Of a stretch of DNA of 64,000 bases, positions 1 through 10,287 are shown in pieces. The translations under genes were made by a program, and so were the position numbers. The notes below the pieces were generated by a model. That model was not told the origin of the DNA. It saw nothing but the letters and a program-made list of their open reading frames with translations, and searched no databases. This DNA comes from an uncultured Thermoleophilia bacterium (GTDB lineage Bacteria > Actinomycetota > Thermoleophilia > UBA2241): NCBI GenBank assembly GCA_963715985.1, contig CAVQSP010000014.1, forward strand, positions 352,001-416,000, in the 5' to 3' direction. Numbering within the stretch: the first letter of the stretch is position 1; every line of letters starts with the position of its first letter.

Positions 1-3
1 GTC

Positions 4-714
4 GTGAGGGACGCGGCGCAGGAGTCGGGCGTGGCGGAGGGCAGCCTGCAGGCCACGCTCGAGGAGCCGCCGCGCTTCTGGCAGAAGACGCCCGGCAAGA
101 TCCCCGCCCACCTCAACCTGGTGCGCACGGCGCTCCTGAAGCGCGCGCAGGGCGGCGATCTCGTCTATCACGGCTACGCCGGGCATCTCCTGCTGAGAGG
201 GGTCCCGCACGTGCTGCGCGCGCGCATCATCGCCGACGACGCCTCGCGCGTGGCCGCGGCGATGCGCGACAAGGGCCTCACTGAGAAGCAGGCCATCGAG
301 TTCGTGCGCAAGCTCGACGTACAGCTCGCCAAGTGGACCAGGTTCCTGTACGGCGTCGACTGGCAGGACCCGTCCCTGTACGACGTGGTGCTCGACCTCG
401 AGCGCATGAGCGTGGAGGAAGCGGCGGCGACCCTCGCAGGTATGACTCGTCTGGACGCGTTCCAGCCGACGGCGGAGGGCCGCAAGGCCTTCGCCGACCT
501 GCTGCTGAGCAGCACGGTGTGGGCGGCGCTCAGCGCGGATCCGCGCACCCGGTCCGCCAACATCCGCGTAGCCGCCGCCGGCGGCGCTGTTTTCATCTCT
601 GGCTCAGCGGGCAACGAACGCGTACTGAGAGCCGTCACGGAGGTGGCTTCGCAGGTTCCCGGCGTCACCGACGTCACCAGCGAAGTCGGTGTCGGCGCGC
701 ACTGGCAGTGGTGA
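4..714 (+). CDS. Cytidylate kinase-like family protein with C-terminal BON domain (5' partial)
   Basis: Motifs 'GYAGHLLLRGVPHVLRARIIA' and 'YGVDWQDPSLYDVVL'; C-terminal 'GAVFISG...VPGVTDV' is BON-like. Confidence 0.75.
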   Translation: MRDAAQESGVAEGSLQATLEEPPRFWQKTPGKIPAHLNLVRTALLKRAQGGDLVYHGYAGHLLLRGVPHVLRARIIADDASRVAAAMRDKGLTEKQAIEFVRKLDVQLAKWTRFLYGVDWQDPSLYDVVLDLERMSVEEAAATLAGMTRLDAFQPTAEGRKAFADLLLSSTVWAALSADPRTRSANIRVAAAGGAVFISGSAGNERVLRAVTEVASQVPGVTDVTSEVGVGAHWQW

Positions 715-735
715 GCGGAGAGGAGCGATGGACCC

Positions 736-1095
736 ATGAGCGAAGCCGGAGTGGTGGGCAGCAAGGACGACGTGGCCGTGGTGGTCATGGCCGGCGAGGG
801 CATCGCCGACGTGGGCAAGCGCGTGCTGGTGTCGCCGGCCGAAGGCTGGGACGGCTGGGTCATGCGCCTCTTCGACGTCGGGCCCGGTGGCCACACGCCG
901 CGCCACGCGCACCCGTGGCCGCACATCAACTTCGTCGCCGCGGGGTCGGGCACGCTCCACGTGGGTGGCCGGGACCACCAGCTGGTGGCGGGCAGCTATG
1001 CCTACGTGCCCGCCGACGTGGAGCACCAGTTCCTCGCCGCCGACGGTGAGCCGCTCTCCTTCGTCTGCATCGTCCCCGCGGAGGGCGACTACTGA
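736..1095 (+). CDS. Cupin domain protein
   Basis: 'PGGHTPRHAHPWPH' and 'VPADVEHQF' cupin motifs; AGGAG RBS upstream. Confidence 0.85.
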   Translation: MSEAGVVGSKDDVAVVVMAGEGIADVGKRVLVSPAEGWDGWVMRLFDVGPGGHTPRHAHPWPHINFVAAGSGTLHVGGRDHQLVAGSYAYVPADVEHQFLAADGEPLSFVCIVPAEGDY

Positions 1096-1218
1096 GCCTG
1101 CGGACCGGCCGCGCGGCCCGTCCTTGAAAAGCGCGGCCGTGGGGAATCTACTAGCGGTCAGCCGTACGGCCCACGACAACGACGATGCCCGCGCCAGGGC
1201 GAAGCTGGCGCAAGGAGC

Positions 1219-2379
1219 GTGATCACGATGCCCGGTGCCTCCGCGAGTCGGCTGGCGCAGCTTCACAGATTCGGCCAGAGCCCCTGGCTCGACCACATCG
1301 ACCGCGAGCTCGTGGCGCGCGGCGGTCTCAAGCGGCTGGTGGATCGCGACGCTCTCGGCGGCGTCACCACCAACCCGGCCATCTTCGAGAAGGCCGTGGC
1401 CTATGGCAAGGCATACGACCAGCAGATCCTCGAGCTCGCCCATGACGGCCTCGGCGCGGCCGAGATCCTCGACCGCCTCGCGGTGGACGACGTGCGCGCC
1501 GCCTGCGACGTGCTCGCCCCCGTGTACATGGGCAGCGGCGGCGAGGACGGCTTCGTGTCCATCGAGGTCGCACCCTCGCTGGCCTACGACGCGGCGGCCA
1601 CCATCGTCGAGGCACAACGCCTGTTCGCGGCCGTGGACCGGCCGAACGTCATGATCAAGATCCCCGGCACGGCGGAGGGCATCCCCGCGGTGCTCGAGGC
1701 CATGCGGCAGGGGCTCAGCATCAACATCACGCTGCTCTTCACCGTGGGGCACTACGAGGCGGCGGCCGACGCCTACCTGGACGCGCTCGAGTACCGCCTG
1801 CGGCGCGACCTCACGATCCGCGCCCTGTCCTCGGTGGCCAGCGTCTTCGTCTCGCGCGTGGACACGCTCGTGGACGCGGCCCTCGACGAGCGCATCGCCG
1901 CCGCCGGAGACGACCGGCGCCGCCTCGAGGCGCTCAAGGGCCGGGCCGGGGTGGCCAACGCCAAGGTCGTGTACGAGCGCTTCCGCAGCTACCTGGGCGG
2001 CCGCGACTGGCAACTCATCGCCGCCTCCGGCGCCAAGATCCAGCGGCTGCTGTGGGCCAGCACCGGGGTCAAGGACCCCGGGTATCCGGACGTCATGTAC
2101 GCCGACGAGCTCATCGGCGACCACACGGTGATCACGCTTCCCGAGGCGACGTGGAAGGCGTTCAACGAGCACGGCACGCCGGCACGCACGGCGGACCGCC
2201 ACATCGAGGACGCTCACCGCGTGGTCCGCGAGCTGGGCCGCCTCGGCATCGACGTGGACCGCCTCGGCGCGCAGCTGCAGGCGCAGGGCGTGGAGCTCTT
2301 CCGCGAGGCGTGGGACAGGGCCGTGGCGGTCGTCGAGGCCAGGCGCGCCGCGCTCCTCGGCCAGGAGGTGGGCACGTGA
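1219..2379 (+). CDS. tal: Transaldolase
   Basis: 'GQSPWLD', 'GVTTNPAIF', Schiff-base Lys in 'MIKIP', 'RLLWASTGVKDP'. Confidence 0.95.
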   Translation: MITMPGASASRLAQLHRFGQSPWLDHIDRELVARGGLKRLVDRDALGGVTTNPAIFEKAVAYGKAYDQQILELAHDGLGAAEILDRLAVDDVRAACDVLAPVYMGSGGEDGFVSIEVAPSLAYDAAATIVEAQRLFAAVDRPNVMIKIPGTAEGIPAVLEAMRQGLSINITLLFTVGHYEAAADAYLDALEYRLRRDLTIRALSSVASVFVSRVDTLVDAALDERIAAAGDDRRRLEALKGRAGVANAKVVYERFRSYLGGRDWQLIAASGAKIQRLLWASTGVKDPGYPDVMYADELIGDHTVITLPEATWKAFNEHGTPARTADRHIEDAHRVVRELGRLGIDVDRLGAQLQAQGVELFREAWDRAVAVVEARRAALLGQEVGT

Positions 2380-4053
2380 GCGTTCCCGACTTCACGGAGG
2401 CCGTGCGCGAGCGCCTGGCCGCCCTCGCCGCCGAGGACGTGCCCGAGCGCCTCTGGCAGGCGGACACCACGCTCTGGAAGGACGGCGACGCGGACCATCA
2501 GAAGATCGTCGCCGACTCGCTCGGCTGGCTCAGCGTGTTCGAGGCGGTCCGCGACGAGATCGGCGGCCTGCGCGCGTTCGTGGACGAGCTGCGCGCGGAG
2601 GGGTACCGCTCGGCGGTGCTGCTCGGCATGGGCGGCTCGAGCCTCGCGCCGGAGGTCATGCACGCCATCCTGGGCACGCGGCCCGGGTTCCTCGACCTGC
2701 ACGTGCTGGACTCCACCGACCCGGTCGCTGTGGCCGCCGTGGAGGCCGCGGTGGATCTGGAGACGACGCTGTTCATCGTCGCCAGCAAGTCCGGCGGCAC
2801 TACCGAGACGGCGTGCTTCCACGCCTACTTCTACGAGCGTTATGCAGGAGCTGGACGGGGAGCACGCCGGCCACCACTTCGTGGCCATCACCGACGAGGG
2901 CACGTCGCTCGAGCAGGAGGCGCTGGCGCAGCACTTCCGCGCCGTGTTCGTCAATCCGGGCGACATCGGCGGGCGCTACTCTGCCCTGAGCTTCTTCGGC
3001 ATCGTGCCCGCCGCCCTCATGGGCGCGGACCTGGAGCGCCTGCTCGACGGCGTCCGCGCGATGGCCGTAGCCTGCGGCCCGGACGTGGCCCCCGGCGACT
3101 CGCCCGGGCTGCGCCTCGGCGCCGCCATGGGCGAGCTCGCCCTGCGCGGCCGCGACAAGCTCACGCTCGTCTTCGAGGGTCCTCTGGCGCCGCTCGGCGC
3201 CTGGGTCGAGCAGCTCGTCGCCGAGAGCACCGGCAAGGAGGGCACCGGCGTCCTGCCGGTCGACCTCGAGCCGCTCGGCGAGCCGGAGGTCTACGGCGAC
3301 GACCGCGTCTTCGTCGCCGTGCGCCTCAAGGGGCAGCCGGATCCGGCGGCGACGGCGGCTCTGGCGCGGTTGCGCGACGCCGGCCACCCGCTGCTCGAGC
3401 ACGAGCTCGCCGACGAGTATGACCTCGGCGGTGAGTTCCTGCGCTGGGAGATCGCCACGGCCATCGCCGGTCACGTGCTCGGCATCGATGCCTTCGACCA
3501 GCCCAACGTGCAGGAGAGCAAGGACATCACCAAGCGTCTGCTCGAGGAGTACACGGAGATTGGCGAGCTGCCGGCCACCGCTCCCGCGGCGGACGGCGGC
3601 CGGCTCGTGTACCCGGTGGCCGACGAGGAGCTCCCGGCCGCGCTGGCCGCGTTCTTCGCGCAGGCCGCGGCCGGGGACTACGTCGCTCTGCAGGCCTACG
3701 TCACGCCGGGGGACGCCGCCTGGGAGGGCCTGCAGGCCCTGCGCCTGCGTCTGCGCGACGGCCTCCGCGTGGCCACCACCCTGGGCTACGGCCCGCGCTT
3801 CCTGCACTCCACCGGCCAGCTGCACAAGGGTGGGCCCAACACGGGCCTCTTCCTGCAGCTCCTGGGCCACGACCCCGAGGACCTCGCCATTCCGGGCCGG
3901 ACGTACAGCTTCGGTGTGCTCAAGCGCGCACAGGCCCGCGGCGACCTCACGGCGCTGCGCGCTCACGACCGCCGCGCCGTGCGCGTGTGTCTCGGCGACG
4001 ACGCGGCCGCCGGGCTCGCACTGCTGACCGGCCTTCTCGACGGGGTACTCTGA
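2376..4053 (+). CDS. pgi: Glucose-6-phosphate isomerase (frameshift near 2840, likely assembly error)
   Basis: 'GMGGSSL' and 'ASKSGGT' in one frame, then 'IGGRYSALS', 'ESTGKEG', 'FDQPNVQESK', 'HSTGQLHKGG' in the next; GTG overlaps the tal stop. Confidence 0.9.
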
Positions 4054-4096
4054 GTCCGGCGACGGAGGCGGCAGAGCCGTGGCGGTCCGGTAGGAG

Positions 4097-4282
4097 ATGA
4101 CGGTGGAGGACAACCTCCGCTTCGTCGCGGCGTCCGGGTTCGACGAGAGTCCGGACGAGGTGGAGGGCTGCGGCATGGCGGTCATCGGGGTCGCTGTGGA
4201 ACACAAGGTCACGGACATCCACGAGGCGCGCGCTCGGCTGGACGCCGAGGCAGAGCCCAGCCCGTGGCCAGACAGCCGGTGA
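4097..4282 (+). CDS. Small hypothetical protein
   Basis: AGGAG RBS plus ATG, 61 aa, no recognisable motif. Confidence 0.35.
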   Translation: MTVEDNLRFVAASGFDESPDEVEGCGMAVIGVAVEHKVTDIHEARARLDAEAEPSPWPDSR

Positions 4283-4794
4283 GGCCTCGCCGCTGGGCGC
4301 TGCGGCGGCTGACGGCGGCCGACGCCCCAGCGCTCTTTCGCACCGTCGGCGATCCTGAGGCCATGCGTTTCTGGGCCCCGGGACCAGACTCCAGCGTGGC
4401 GGCCACCCGCGAGCGCATCGCCGCCATCGAGGCGCACTGGCAGGCCCACGGCTTCGGCGATCGGGCCGTGGTGAGTCGCGGCCTCGTCGTCGGGTTCGCC
4501 GGTCTTCACCTGATCCCCGACGTGGATGAAGTCAACATCGGCTGCGCTCTCGAGCGGTCGGCATGGGGCCGCGGGCTGGGGACGGAGGTGTATCGACGGC
4601 TTCTCGACTGGGGGTTCGGCCGTCTCGGTCTGCCCGAGGTGGTCGCCGTCATCGACCCCGAAAACGAGGCCTCGATCGCCCTGGCACGCACCTGCGGGCT
4701 GACGCTCTGGAAACGCTTCGAGTGGACCGGGCATGACCGGCTCGCCTACCGCGTCACCGCGGACGACTGGGCCGCGCGGGCGCGCCGGGCATAG
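4264..4794 (+). CDS. GNAT N-acetyltransferase (RimJ/RimL-like)
   Basis: 'WGRGLGTE' motif A and 'ENEASIAL' motif B. Confidence 0.85.
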   Translation: MARQPVRPRRWALRRLTAADAPALFRTVGDPEAMRFWAPGPDSSVAATRERIAAIEAHWQAHGFGDRAVVSRGLVVGFAGLHLIPDVDEVNIGCALERSAWGRGLGTEVYRRLLDWGFGRLGLPEVVAVIDPENEASIALARTCGLTLWKRFEWTGHDRLAYRVTADDWAARARRA

Positions 4795-4970
4795 CGGGCC
4801 GTCCGGCTCACGGGTGCGGCCCGCTGGGTGCCGGGTCCGGCCGGCGGCCGCCCGGGCGCACGACCCGATCCGGACGGGACGACCCCCGCGGGTTTGTTCC
4901 TCAATCTCCCCGGGCACGACCCCGACGACGTCGGCGTGCCGGGCGCGCCCGGAGGGACGAGGAGGTACTC

Positions 4971-5873
4971 ATGGACATGGCCATGGTCGGGCTCGGCCGT
5001 ATGGGCGGCAACATGGCGCGGCGCCTGTTGCGCGGCGGCCACCGCGTGGTGGTCTGGAACCGCACCTACGCCAAGGCCGAGGAGCTCGGCGGCGAAGGCG
5101 CCGAGCCGGTCCGTGAGCTGACGGACGTGGTGGCCGCGCTGCCCATGCCGCGCGTCATCTGGCTCATGCTCCCCTACGGCGGCCCGACGCAGGAGGCCAT
5201 CGACGAGCTCGTGCCGCTCCTCGATGAGGGCGACATCCTCATCGACGGCGGTAACTCCCCCTTCCAGCTCGACATCGAGCGCGGGGCCGCCCTGGCGGAC
5301 AAGGGCATCCGCTATCTCGACGCCGGCACCAGCGGCGGCGTTTGGGGCCTGGAGGTCGGCTACTGCCTCATGGTGGGCGGCGAGCGCTCGGCCTTCGACC
5401 ATATCGAGCCCATGCTGAAGACCCTCGCGCCGCCCGGCCACGGCTACGAGTACTGCGGCGGCCACGGCTCCGGCCACTTCGTGAAGATGGTCCACAACGG
5501 CATCGAGTACGGCATGATGCAGGCCTACGCCGAGGGCTTCGAGCTCCTCGAGGCGACCGACTGGGACCTCGACCTCGCCGCCATCGCCGACCTGTGGAAC
5601 CAGGGCAGCGTCGTGCGCAGCTGGCTGCTGGAGCTGGCCGCCGACGCCTTCAAGAAGGACCCGGGCCTGGAGAAGATCACCGGCTACGTCGAGGACACCG
5701 GCGAGGGGCGCTGGACGGTGGAGCAGGCCATCCAGCACAGCGTGCCCATGCCTGCCATCTCCGCAGCCCTGTTCATGCGCTTCCGCTCGCGGCAGCCCGA
5801 CACCTTCAGCGGCAAGGTCCTGGCCGCGCTGCGCAACGAGTTCGGCGGCCACGCCGTCCAGGAGAAGGGATGA
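4971..5873 (+). CDS. gnd: 6-phosphogluconate dehydrogenase, decarboxylating (short type)
   Basis: 'GLGRMG', 'IDGGNS', 'DAGTSGG', 'GHFVKMVHNGIEYG', 'FGGHAV'. Confidence 0.96.
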   Translation: MDMAMVGLGRMGGNMARRLLRGGHRVVVWNRTYAKAEELGGEGAEPVRELTDVVAALPMPRVIWLMLPYGGPTQEAIDELVPLLDEGDILIDGGNSPFQLDIERGAALADKGIRYLDAGTSGGVWGLEVGYCLMVGGERSAFDHIEPMLKTLAPPGHGYEYCGGHGSGHFVKMVHNGIEYGMMQAYAEGFELLEATDWDLDLAAIADLWNQGSVVRSWLLELAADAFKKDPGLEKITGYVEDTGEGRWTVEQAIQHSVPMPAISAALFMRFRSRQPDTFSGKVLAALRNEFGGHAVQEKG

Positions 5874-5924
5874 ACGCCGTAGGACCTTCATCGTGTGGCG
5901 CGCCGCAGGAGCGCCGCGCGCACA

Positions 5925-7619
5925 ATGAGCGACGGCAGCGACTCGCCGCGCTACCGCGACGACGCCCCCGAGCCGCATATCGGCTACGAGGACGCGGACC
6001 GCTTCGGCGACGACGAGGGGCTGCGCATCGGCGGCCTGCCGCGGCTCGAGGAGGCGCCGTCGCCCTTCGGCGGCGAGCGCAACCCCGACTCGTGCAGCCT
6101 CGTCATCTTCGGCGTCACCGGCGACCTCACGTACCGCAAGCTCATCCCGGCGCTCTACGACCTCGGCTGTCACGGCGTGCTCCCGTTCGGCACCACGCTG
6201 GTCGGCTACGGCCGGCAGCCGCTCGACGACGACACGTTCCGTGAGCTCATGCGCAAGGCCATCGACGACCACTACGGCGAGGACGTCGTGGACGGCTCCC
6301 TCTGCGAGCGCATCCTGATGACGCCGAGGTACGTGCAGGGCGAGTTCGGCGACCCTGAGGGCTACACGCGCCTGGCCGCCACGCTGCAGGAGCTCGACAC
6401 CCGCGGCGGCCGCGGCAACCGCATGTTCTACCTCGCCACGCCGCCGAGCCAGTTCGAGCCCATCATCACGCAGCTCGGTGACAGCGGCCTGGCGCGCCCC
6501 GGCGCGTACGACGGCGCCCACGCCGAGGGCGAGCCCCGGCCCGGCTGGACGCGCATCGTCATCGAGAAGCCGTTCGGCCGCGACCTCACCACCGCGGAGG
6601 AGCTGGACCGAGTGATCGCCCGCGTCTTCGACGAGCGGCAGGTGTACCGCATCGACCACTACCTGGCCAAGGAGACGGTGCAGAACCTGCTGGTGCTGCG
6701 CTTCGGCAACGGCATCTTCGAGCCCATCTGGAACCGTCGCTACGTGGACTTCGTCGAGATCACCGCCGCGGAGACCCTGGGCGTGGAGCACCGCGGCCCG
6801 TACTACGAGGAGGCCGGGGCGCTGCGCGACATGATCACGCCGCACCTGATCCAGTTGTTCTCGCTCGTGGCGATGGAACCGCCGGTGGCGTTCGACGCCG
6901 ACGGCGTGCGCGACGAGAAGCTCAAGGTGCTGCGCGCCGTGCGGCCCATCCCGCACCACTTGGTGTCCCAGTGGGCGGTGCGCGCCCAGTACGTACAGGG
7001 CATCATCGACGGCGAGGAGGTGTCGGCGTACCGGGGGGAGGACCGGGTGGCGCCCGACTCGCACACCGAGACCTACGCCGCCGTGAAGTTCCTGGTGGAC
7101 AATTGGCGCTGGCAGGGCGTGCCGTTCTACCTGCGCACAGGCAAGCGCCTGGCCCGCCGCGTCACCGAGATCGCCATCCACTTCAAGCTGCCGCCGGTGC
7201 GGCTCTTCCGTGATGTCGCGGTCGGGCACGGCCTGCAGCACAACGTGCTCGTCCTCCGCGTCCAGCCGGACGAAGGCTTCTCACTCGGCATCGAGTCCAA
7301 GGTGCCCGGTCACGCCGTGGCCCTGCAGCCGGTGGCGATGGACTACTCCTACGGCACGACACTGCACGAACTGCCGTTCAGTGCCTACGAGACCGTGCTC
7401 GTTGACGCGATGGAGGGCGACATGACCCTGTTCACCCGCGGCGACCAGGCCGAGGAGGCCTGGCGGGTCGTCGGCCCCATCCTCGACGAGTGGGCTGCCA
7501 AGCCCGACCGTGAGATACCGATCTACGAGGCCGGTAGCTGGGGGCCGGAGGCGGCTGACTCGCTCATCGCCGCCGACGGCCACGCCTGGCGCCGACCATG
7601 GAAGGAAGGCGAGTCATGA
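5925..7619 (+). CDS. zwf: Glucose-6-phosphate 1-dehydrogenase
   Basis: 'FGVTGDL', 'EKPFG', 'RIDHYLAKE', 'PFYLRTGKRL'. Confidence 0.96.
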   Translation: MSDGSDSPRYRDDAPEPHIGYEDADRFGDDEGLRIGGLPRLEEAPSPFGGERNPDSCSLVIFGVTGDLTYRKLIPALYDLGCHGVLPFGTTLVGYGRQPLDDDTFRELMRKAIDDHYGEDVVDGSLCERILMTPRYVQGEFGDPEGYTRLAATLQELDTRGGRGNRMFYLATPPSQFEPIITQLGDSGLARPGAYDGAHAEGEPRPGWTRIVIEKPFGRDLTTAEELDRVIARVFDERQVYRIDHYLAKETVQNLLVLRFGNGIFEPIWNRRYVDFVEITAAETLGVEHRGPYYEEAGALRDMITPHLIQLFSLVAMEPPVAFDADGVRDEKLKVLRAVRPIPHHLVSQWAVRAQYVQGIIDGEEVSAYRGEDRVAPDSHTETYAAVKFLVDNWRWQGVPFYLRTGKRLARRVTEIAIHFKLPPVRLFRDVAVGHGLQHNVLVLRVQPDEGFSLGIESKVPGHAVALQPVAMDYSYGTTLHELPFSAYETVLVDAMEGDMTLFTRGDQAEEAWRVVGPILDEWAAKPDREIPIYEAGSWGPEAADSLIAADGHAWRRPWKEGES

Positions 7620-8365
7620 GTATCGAGATCCTCCCCGACGCCGAAGCTGTCGGGATGCGCGCGGCCGACCTGCTGGCCATGGCCGCCCAGGAGGCGGCGG
7701 CGGCGCGCGGCCGCTTCGCCGTCGCCCTCAGCGGCGGCGAGACGCCGCAGGTCCTGTATCGCCTGCTGGCGCGCCAGCAGTTCAGCCAGAAGGTCCCGTG
7801 GCGGCGCGTCCACCTGTATTGGGGCGACGAGCGTTGCGTGGCGCCGGACGACCCGGCCAGCAACTACGGCATGGCACGCGACACGTTCATCAAGCACGTG
7901 CCCATCGCCCCGGCCAACGTGCACCGCATGCACGGCGAGGACGAGCCGGAGGCGGCGGCGAAGGCCTACGAGGCCGAGCTCCGGGCGCTGGCTGCCCAGG
8001 AGCGGCCCGCCAGCGGCACCCCGGTCTTCGACCTGGTGCTGCTGGGCCTGGGCGCCGACGGGCACACGGCGTCGCTCTTCCCGCGCAGCGACGCCCTGAC
8101 CGCCGAGGACCGCTTCTGCGTGGCCACCCAGGCGCCGGACGGGTCGCCGCGCCTCACCGTCACGGCGCCGGTCATCAACGCCGCGCGCCGCGTGTGGTTC
8201 CTCGTGAGCGGCGCCGGCAAGGCCGGCATGCTGGCCGAAGTCCTGGAGGGTCTGCGGGCGCCGCTGGCCGTGCCCGCTCAGGGCGTGGCGCCGGTGCACG
8301 GCACGCTCACCTGGCTCATCGACGAAGCTGCGGCCGCCGAGCTCAGCCCAAACGTGACCGGCTGA
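7616..8365 (+). CDS. pgl: 6-phosphogluconolactonase
   Basis: 'ALSGGETP', 'WGDERCV', 'LGLGADGHTASLFP'; ATGA overlap with zwf. Confidence 0.95.
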   Translation: MSIEILPDAEAVGMRAADLLAMAAQEAAAARGRFAVALSGGETPQVLYRLLARQQFSQKVPWRRVHLYWGDERCVAPDDPASNYGMARDTFIKHVPIAPANVHRMHGEDEPEAAAKAYEAELRALAAQERPASGTPVFDLVLLGLGADGHTASLFPRSDALTAEDRFCVATQAPDGSPRLTVTAPVINAARRVWFLVSGAGKAGMLAEVLEGLRAPLAVPAQGVAPVHGTLTWLIDEAAAAELSPNVTG

Positions 8366-8433
8366 GGGGCCCGCGCGCCGGCAGCCGGCCGCGTGTCGGC
8401 GCATCACCGCTCGTGACGAAGGAAGGAGAAGAC

Positions 8434-8716
8434 ATGTCCGACAGCTACGACGTCCTCGCTGCCGACGGCTCGGTGCTGCAGTACCGGGCGGACCAGTTCA
8501 GCGAGTTCACCGAGGCGCGCTCGCGCGAGCAGCACGACAAGCTCGTCGCCGACGGCTGGCTGGCCCTCGACGAGCGCATCGAGACGGGGGAGATGCCCGA
8601 ACACCCGTCGGCGCTCGAGGAGGCGTTCACCGAGCACGTCGTGCCCGCCCGAGCCTGCACCGCACATCACGGTGTTCATCCTCGGGCGCCTCAAGCCCGG
8701 GGAAGAGGGCGCTTAA
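8434..8716 (+). CDS. Hypothetical acidic protein (probable frameshift near 8650)
   Basis: AAGGAG RBS, GC3-rich codons 'MSDSYDVLAADGSVLQY...'. Confidence 0.5.
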
Positions 8717-8824
8717 GGTCGTCTGAGGAGCGGGGCGCGAGGGCGCGTCGGCGGCGCCGCTCGCGCCGCGCCGAGTATCGATACGACAGACGTCATACCA
8801 TTGAGCTATCGATAGGGTAGCGGT

Positions 8825-9064
8825 ATGATGACGGTGAGCGACGAGGAGGTCTCCGTGGCGCGCGCCGTCATCTCACCCAAGTTCCAGATCGTGATCCCCA
8901 AAGAGATCCGTGAGCGGCTGGACCTCAGGCCCGGCCAGCAGGTGGCGCTCATCGAGCGCCAAGGGCTCATCACCATCGTCCCGCAGCGGCCCATCAGCGA
9001 GCTGAGGGGGATCCTCAAGGGCGCGCCGACCAACGACTATCGCGACGAGACCGACAGGTTCTGA
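8825..9064 (+). CDS. AbrB/MazE-family antitoxin (VapB-like)
   Basis: 'ISPKFQIVIPKEIRERLDLRPG' AbrB signature, directly upstream of a PIN gene. Confidence 0.9.
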   Translation: MMTVSDEEVSVARAVISPKFQIVIPKEIRERLDLRPGQQVALIERQGLITIVPQRPISELRGILKGAPTNDYRDETDRF

Positions 9065-9075
9065 GGGCACTCGAG

Positions 9076-9454
9076 ATGCGGGTACTGGACTCGTCCGTCT
9101 GGGTGGAGTTCTACGCCGGCGGCGCCTTGGCTGCTCGGTGCGAGCCTCTTGTGCGCAACGAGCGCGAGATCGTGACGCCGGCTCAGGTGCTGTACGAGGT
9201 CTATCGCTGGGCGCGGCGTCACGGCGACGACACCGTCGCCATGGAGATCGTGTCTCACCTGGAATACACGCGCTTCGCCCCCGTCGATGTCACCACAGCA
9301 ATCGTCGCCGTCGACCTGAGTCTGGATCACGGTCTGGCGGCGGCCGACGCACTCATCTATGCTGTGGCGCGCCTTGAAGGGTGCGAACTCGTCACGCTGG
9401 ACGGCGCACTTTAGCGGCCTTCCGGGGGTCGTTCTGATCGAGGCCGAACAGTGA
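9076..9454 (+). CDS. vapC: VapC PIN-domain toxin (C-terminus needs a frameshift near 9410)
   Basis: 'VLDSSVWVE', 'VLYEV', 'ADALIYA', 'LVTLD'; shifted tail reads 'FSGLPGVVLIE'. Confidence 0.85.
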
Positions 9455-9500
9455 GCTGCGCGCCACCGATGTCTAGGTTCCCGGCCTCGGTGGTAAACTC

Positions 9501-9887
9501 GTGAGGCAAGCCAGGTGGCCGCGGCGGCCCCGCGTCACGATCCTCTTCGGAGCTCGTGAGGCGCCCGTCGAGGAAAGTCCGGACACCGCAGAGCAGGGCG
9601 CTGGCTAACGGCCAGCCGGGGAAACCCGAGGGAAAGCGCAACAGAGAGCAGACCGCCAGCGGCCCCTTTCGAGGGGTGCGGGTAAGGGTGAAACGGTGAG
9701 GTAAGAGCTCACCAGCGGTCCTGGTGACAGGCCGGCTCGGCAAGCCCCGCCCGGTGCAAGGCCAAATAGGGGAGTGTTTGAGGGTTGCTCGCCCGAGACT
9801 CCCGGGTTCCGGCCGCATGAGGCGCGCGGCAACGTGCGTCCCAGATGGATGGTCACCCACGACAGGATCCGGCTTACGGCTTGCTAC
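9501..9887 (+). ncRNA. rnpB: RNase P RNA, class A
   Basis: Universal motifs GAGGAAAGTCC and ACAGGATCCGGCTTAC, GGTAAG loop, P1 pairing GGCAAGCC/GGCTTGCT. Confidence 0.97.
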
Positions 9888-9888
9888 T

Positions 9889-9927
9889 GAAAGGCCCCTC
9901 GTTCCAGCTGGACGAGGGGCCTTTCCA
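9889..9927. terminator. Intrinsic terminator hairpin between rnpB and the convergent gene
   Basis: GAAAGGCCCCTCGT ... ACGAGGGGCCTTTC inverted repeat. Confidence 0.8.
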
Positions 9928-9936
9928 TTGCCGGGC

Positions 9937-10212
9937 TCACCGCGCCACGGTCTCGACTTCATCGACCACAGAAGGGCCATAGCTGTCGCTGAAGCGCTCA
10001 AGGACGCCCGACGCCAGCAGCCGGCTGCGAGCGGTTAGGGCGTCCTCTCGCGAGCCGTACTCGATCTGGATGTACACCTCACCGGGGTCGTCCAGCGTGC
10101 GGAAGATCCGGTAGCCGCGAGCCGCCTCGCGGGCGCGGGGCACGTCCTTGTCGAACGACTGCTTCCAAGCGGAGTACTCGCCGACGTTTATGCGGGTGAT
10201 GATGAACGCCAT
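9937..10212 (-). CDS. Small ferredoxin-like / ABM-type alpha-beta barrel hypothetical protein
   Basis: 'RINVGEYSAWKQSFD...IFRTLDDPGEV' pattern; divergent from TetR. Confidence 0.65.
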   Translation of the reverse strand: MAFIITRINVGEYSAWKQSFDKDVPRAREAARGYRIFRTLDDPGEVYIQIEYGSREDALTARSRLLASGVLERFSDSYGPSVVDEVETVAR

Positions 10213-10287
10213 CGGTGGCCTTTCGACGGCAGCGCCAGACAGATCATGACGCTGGCAGAGTATTGATTACAGTGATACTATACCCAA

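Noticed and set aside
604-7241. Long antisense and alternative-frame ORFs (e.g. 604-2217, 2800-4917, 4746-7241 on the minus strand)
   Set aside because: Shadow ORFs caused by high GC3 bias opposite well-supported genes; no recognisable motifs.
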